Assembly: GCA_051546255.1 (NCBI GenBank)
Contig: CP128816.1
Span: forward strand, 1,922,001-1,969,107
Source of the DNA: Meyerozyma guilliermondii
Lineage: Eukaryota
Direction: 5' to 3'
Length of the DNA: 47,107 nt
In this document: piece by piece, positions 42,863 through 47,107 of the stretch
How the letters are laid out: every line of letters starts with the position of its first letter
How positions within the stretch are numbered: the stretch's first letter is position 1
Notes under the pieces: generated by a model
What the model was told of the DNA's origin: nothing
What the model saw: the letters and a program-made list of their open reading frames with translations, nothing else
The model's database searches: none
Made by a program: the position numbers and the translations under genes

Positions 42863-44034
42863 ATGCAGCTTAACATTTTTTTTTAGCTTCTGCAATTGTC
42901 AATGGCTTACTTGCAGTCTCAGCAATAGTTCCTGTCGAAGCCCCATCAATAGATATTGGTGGATTTATTGAGCTTGATTTCGACAAAGTTAATGCTACAG
43001 AATTGGCAGAAGACCATCCTCTCCGGAAGCGTGATGTGTATACTGACAGCTTGATCAATAAAGAGACCTACTATATTACCTGGATTGAGTTTGGTTCAAA
43101 CGAACAAAAGTTGGGTGTTGATGTCGATACCGGGTCTGCTGATTTGTGGGTGCCATTCGTTGGTGCTGTTGGGACCAATGGAATCTACGAGTTTGGCAGT
43201 TATGATCCCAGTACATCTTCCACGTCACAGAGACTCCAAGACCCTTTTCAAATTAGCTATCTTGATGGAACAAAAAATTCGGGACACTTTTACCAAGATA
43301 CACTCAAGCTCTCGGAGAGTAGTGCTACTATTACGAATTTTCAATTTGCAGTCGCTGACCAACTTACCATGGGGTATGGTGTATTTGGCATTGGGAACAA
43401 TCTTCATCTGTGGGCTAGTGTGAGATATCCCAATTTTATTGACGTGTTGAAAGATCAAGGGTTGATTCGGCAAAGAGCATAATCCATATACTTGGACCTA
43501 CCCAAAGCCGAGAAAGGTAAGGTGATATTTGGGGGTATAGATTTGGCCAAGATTGATGGACCTTTGGTTGACTTGCTCATCATTGATGAAGCATTACTGG
43601 GTGTTAATATGGATTCCGTCACCATCAATGGAGAGACCATTACGGTGAACCAAAAGGCCGTTTTTGATACGGGAACAACCTTGGTAGCTTTCACTCCCGA
43701 GGTGGCAAAGTTTGTCATGCTGCACTATGATAATGCTCAGTATCATCCCGAGGCAAACGTATGGACGGTTGATTCCGACAAGAATAAGGACCAGATTATC
43801 AATTTGAACTTTAATGGAGTCAGTGTTCCATTTAAATTGACTCGCTCATATTTTCCAAACTTTCTAAAAAATGGAATCAATTATGGTAAAGTTTTCAGAA
43901 TCAGACAGTTCGAATTCAATCTACTTGGCGACATCTTTCTCTCCAACGCTTATTGTGTGTTCAATTACGATACCAATATTGTATCGCTTGGGCTTGCGCG
44001 GCACACAACTGAATCGATTATTGTTGCAATATAA
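42863..44034 (+). pseudogene. Secreted aspartyl protease (SAP/yapsin family) pseudogene
   Basis: Signal peptide, pro-region ending KR, DTGSADLWV and FDTGTT catalytic motifs, LLGDIFL. Frameshift in the T9 run (42876-42884) and in-frame TAA at 43480-43482 in the A[Y]SIYL motif. Confidence 0.85.
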
Positions 44035-45033
44035 GTAATAAAACTTTCCAATCAAGTGTTGAACACCAATGGTTTGTAGACCTAAGTTTCTCGGATTAAT
44101 TCTTCATTTTACAAAATTTATAGTTTTTGCAATTTGCAGCCATGGGTCCTGTATCTAGAAGTTTTGAAAGGTTTGTGAACGTTATATCCGATCTCCACTA
44201 TGAAGATTTCGGTATAATGATGTTCGAGGCAATAGCACGAATTCCAACTGACAAAATTTAAAGAAATCTGTGTAGAATAGGTTGTCGTATTTGAGTACTG
44301 AACAAAATATGAATCAGGTTCAAAGCTGTATATCCAAAAGAAACTCGGAACAGACAGCAAGAGCAATAACCTTGATTCGTGGGCCACAACATCTTAATTG
44401 CTCTTAAATCAAGCCAACAATGGCTGATTCAGTATAGACGATTTTCTGGTGGTTATGTAATAACTTTACCCATTATGTGACAAAAGCGCGCTCAATTCGC
44501 TTATTGTTCACCTACAATTCGGATCTACAAATCATGTGATGAATATTGATACCAGCAGGGTGGAAGTAGGTCATGTTTGCGATCAGGAAGTTTCCAAAAA
44601 GGTCTGCAACATAATTGTCGTTTTCACTAGATATCAATAGAATTCTACCAGTATAAATTGCACTCGGGATGAATTGAGCAAATTAATTTCCACTTCCATC
44701 ACCTCTTCAAAACGGTATTTTTCAAAAAAAGATCCTGTCGTTATTGTGGGTCATTTATTCTTGTCAAGCGTTGTTGGAGAAGAAGAACACATGCCGTTCT
44801 AGAACGAAGCTCAATCAGTTTTCAGTGAACGATTTTTGAGCCATACGAGGCTTTTATGAGCGCAAGCGAAAATACGTCATTAGTGCATGACGGCCAAAGA
44901 CAATGAGCAGTTAAGCCTCGAAAAGTTATCTGATCAAGTTCATAAGCCATTGGTGGCTTTAAAAAAAACTCATGGCCAATCATTCAAAACAGCGAGTTAA
45001 TCCTTTCTTATAATTGAGCAGATATTCAACGTT

Positions 45034-46533
45034 ATGGGAATCAAAAGAGTACTTTGTAATCCTGGAGAAAGATCACCGGTTGCTAGTGAGCCTCATGTTA
45101 TCACAGATGATAATGAAGAGGATAGAAATTCTGAGCTCCAATATACCAACGAAATTGATAAATTTTGGATCATTCGGGGCCTTGATTTTACTGTTTCCGT
45201 ATCGGGTTCCAGATCGTTTTTGATATTCATGGTCGCTGTCATGATCATTTGGATTGTTCTTGGAATTGTATACCAAGCTCCACAAGTTTGGCAAGTGGTA
45301 ATGCAAGACGGTCAGTCCATTCAGTGTTATCTATGGGATACCATTTTGATGAGACACCAGCTAAAGGAACATACTTCGTACCTAATGTTTTGTGCTACTT
45401 CGAAATCTCGTCTACTTACGTTTCAAAGATTGCTTAAACAATACGAAGACAAAAAATTTGCCGAGGTGAACGAAGCTAGCGTCGATGACTCTGGAACATC
45501 TCTAGCTGCAAAGTACGATGATGTTGCTGTGACAAATTGGTTTGACAGCCTTTCCAACGCAGTTGGTGAATGTTTGGGATCTATTGTTCTGGTCATTGTA
45601 TACTGGGCGGGAATCTTTGTATGGTTGGGTTGTGGAGCCATGTATATTCTGTCAGGAAATGATGCTCCATTTACAGGCAAATACTCTGGATCAAATCCAG
45701 AATATACCAAATGGGGGAATAATTGGCAATTGTATATCAACACAGGAACAGCCATTGTGCTTTTGGTGACGTCTGTCTTTCTACAGAATATGAGGTACCG
45801 CCATGAGAAATATGTTCAGGATATTATGAACCGGATAGTCAAGATTGAGCGTCAAATTGAAGTGGTTTTGAGGGACCAAACAGAAGATATCTTACTAAAC
45901 CCATTGGTGGAAATTGGGCGAGAAAAAAGAAGTCCTTTGGAAAAGGCTATCGACGTTTATGCTGACTTGATTGGAACTGGTGTTGGTGTTGTCTTGGCTG
46001 CATGTGTTTTCGTGGCATGGCTTGTAGTAGGACATCTTATGAAGTGGAATAGCACATGGTGGTTGATTATTGGCACTTATACAGGGTTGGTGGGATTTCT
46101 TGATGGTTTTGTTTTACGACTGGTTTACTTGAGAATATCCGCTCATGAAAATGTCATTTTTCAGGATTTATTCGAAGAATCTGCCAAAGTTATGCACATT
46201 GATCCTCCACAGAAAACTCCAAGTCATCATTCAAAGATGTCTTTTTGGGGCTACAAAGCATCAGTTTGGATTAACATAATCTGCTCCTCGCCTTATGCTG
46301 TCCTTGTATCAGTTTTGGTTATCATTGGCTTGATAGTTGCTGCCAGCATAATGCACTGGACAACCACAGGTCAATTGATAGCAAATACCCCAACTATGAT
46401 TATTGAAGGGTTTATGTTGATTATCTTGATCCAGGCTCATAATTGGGATGACTATAGGCGTCGTGAGTACCTCAGGTCATTTTATAATGGAAGTTGTAGC
46501 TTGCTATCATACGCCAAGTCACTTAAATTATAG
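45034..46533 (+). CDS. FET4: Low-affinity Fe(II)/Zn permease
   Basis: WQVVMQDGQSIQCY.WD, WQLYINT, WWLIIGTYTGLVGFLDG, TTGQLIANTPTMIIEG, QAHNW. Confidence 0.92.
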   Translation: MGIKRVLCNPGERSPVASEPHVITDDNEEDRNSELQYTNEIDKFWIIRGLDFTVSVSGSRSFLIFMVAVMIIWIVLGIVYQAPQVWQVVMQDGQSIQCYLWDTILMRHQLKEHTSYLMFCATSKSRLLTFQRLLKQYEDKKFAEVNEASVDDSGTSLAAKYDDVAVTNWFDSLSNAVGECLGSIVLVIVYWAGIFVWLGCGAMYILSGNDAPFTGKYSGSNPEYTKWGNNWQLYINTGTAIVLLVTSVFLQNMRYRHEKYVQDIMNRIVKIERQIEVVLRDQTEDILLNPLVEIGREKRSPLEKAIDVYADLIGTGVGVVLAACVFVAWLVVGHLMKWNSTWWLIIGTYTGLVGFLDGFVLRLVYLRISAHENVIFQDLFEESAKVMHIDPPQKTPSHHSKMSFWGYKASVWINIICSSPYAVLVSVLVIIGLIVAASIMHWTTTGQLIANTPTMIIEGFMLIILIQAHNWDDYRRREYLRSFYNGSCSLLSYAKSLKL

Positions 46534-46785
46534 TTTAGAGAAAGGTTGAGGTAATATAGAGAACATTTACAACAGCTTATTTTCAAAAGATTATTCTCCG
46601 ATATAAGATTGGTTTCAGCCAAATATGATATATCATTGTAAAAGTGAACATTTGCGATATACTGAGAATTTTTCAAATACAGAAAATTGAAAGAGCCTAC
46701 GAGGTCCTCAAACCAGTTAGGATTATAAGTTTAAATACTCTGCGGAAAATTACAGCTCTAGAATGATTTCTGACGTGAATATGTT

Positions 46786-47106
46786 TGGTGTACTGGTGTA
46801 CTGGTGTACTGGTGTACTGGTGTACTGGTGTACTGGTGTACTGGTGTACTGGTGTACTGGTGTACTGGTGTACTGGTGTACTGGTGTACTGGTGTACTGG
46901 TGTACTGGTGTACTGGTGTACTGGTGTACTGGTGTACTGGTGTACTGGTGTACTGGTGTACTGGTGTACTGGTGTACTGGTGTACTGGTGTACTGGTGTA
47001 CTGGTGTACTGGTGTACTGGTGTACTGGTGTACTGGTGTACTGGTGTACTGGTGTACTGGTGTACTGGTGTACTGGTGTACTGGTGTACTGGTGTACTGG
47101 TGTACT
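46786..47106 (+). repeat. Telomeric repeat (TACTGGTG)n, ~40 copies
   Basis: Perfect 8-bp G/T-rich tandem array running to the end of the sequence. Confidence 0.97.
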
Positions 47107-47107
47107 A

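Noticed and set aside
43003..44034. Two separate protease genes, or programmed readthrough at TAA 43480
   Set aside because: They are the two lobes of one pepsin-fold gene. An independent upstream frameshift makes pseudogenisation or assembly error more likely than recoding.
46786..47107. CRISPR array or satellite
   Set aside because: Spacer-less perfect 8-mer at the end of a eukaryotic sequence, which is a telomere.

Overview
Right-hand chromosome end of a CUG-Ser-clade budding yeast. The terminal ~320 bp are ~40 copies of the 8-bp repeat (TACTGGTG)n, which is the telomere repeat known for the Meyerozyma (Candida) guilliermondii group. CTG codons fall at conserved serines. The first ~21 kb is a compact core block: partial tRNA-Ile(AAT), an orphan ORF, ILV1, GUF1, SER1, MEC3, SMD2 (44-nt intron), YSH1, MCM5, a mitochondrial GGQ release-factor homologue, an ADIP-like coiled-coil gene, ATP14 (373-nt intron), YHC1, GSP1 and a NAB6/MRN1-like RRM gene. 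The distal part is more accessory: AVT1-like transporter, EFH1, HPPD, a 2OG-Fe(II) dioxygenase, three tandem RTA1/RSB1-family genes, a xylose-reductase paralogue, MAK16, a GH3 beta-glucosidase, a Zn2Cys6 regulator, a doubly disrupted secreted aspartyl protease and FET4, ~250 bp from the telomere. Best leads: (1) a box C/D snoRNA candidate between YHC1 and GSP1 with two 25S rRNA antisense elements, one predicting a U30/SNORD30-type methylation not known in S. cerevisiae; (2) a xylose reductase paralogue with a natural IPKGDTPEQ cofactor loop that suggests a shift towards NADH. All homology calls come from recognising sequences from memory; no database searches were run.
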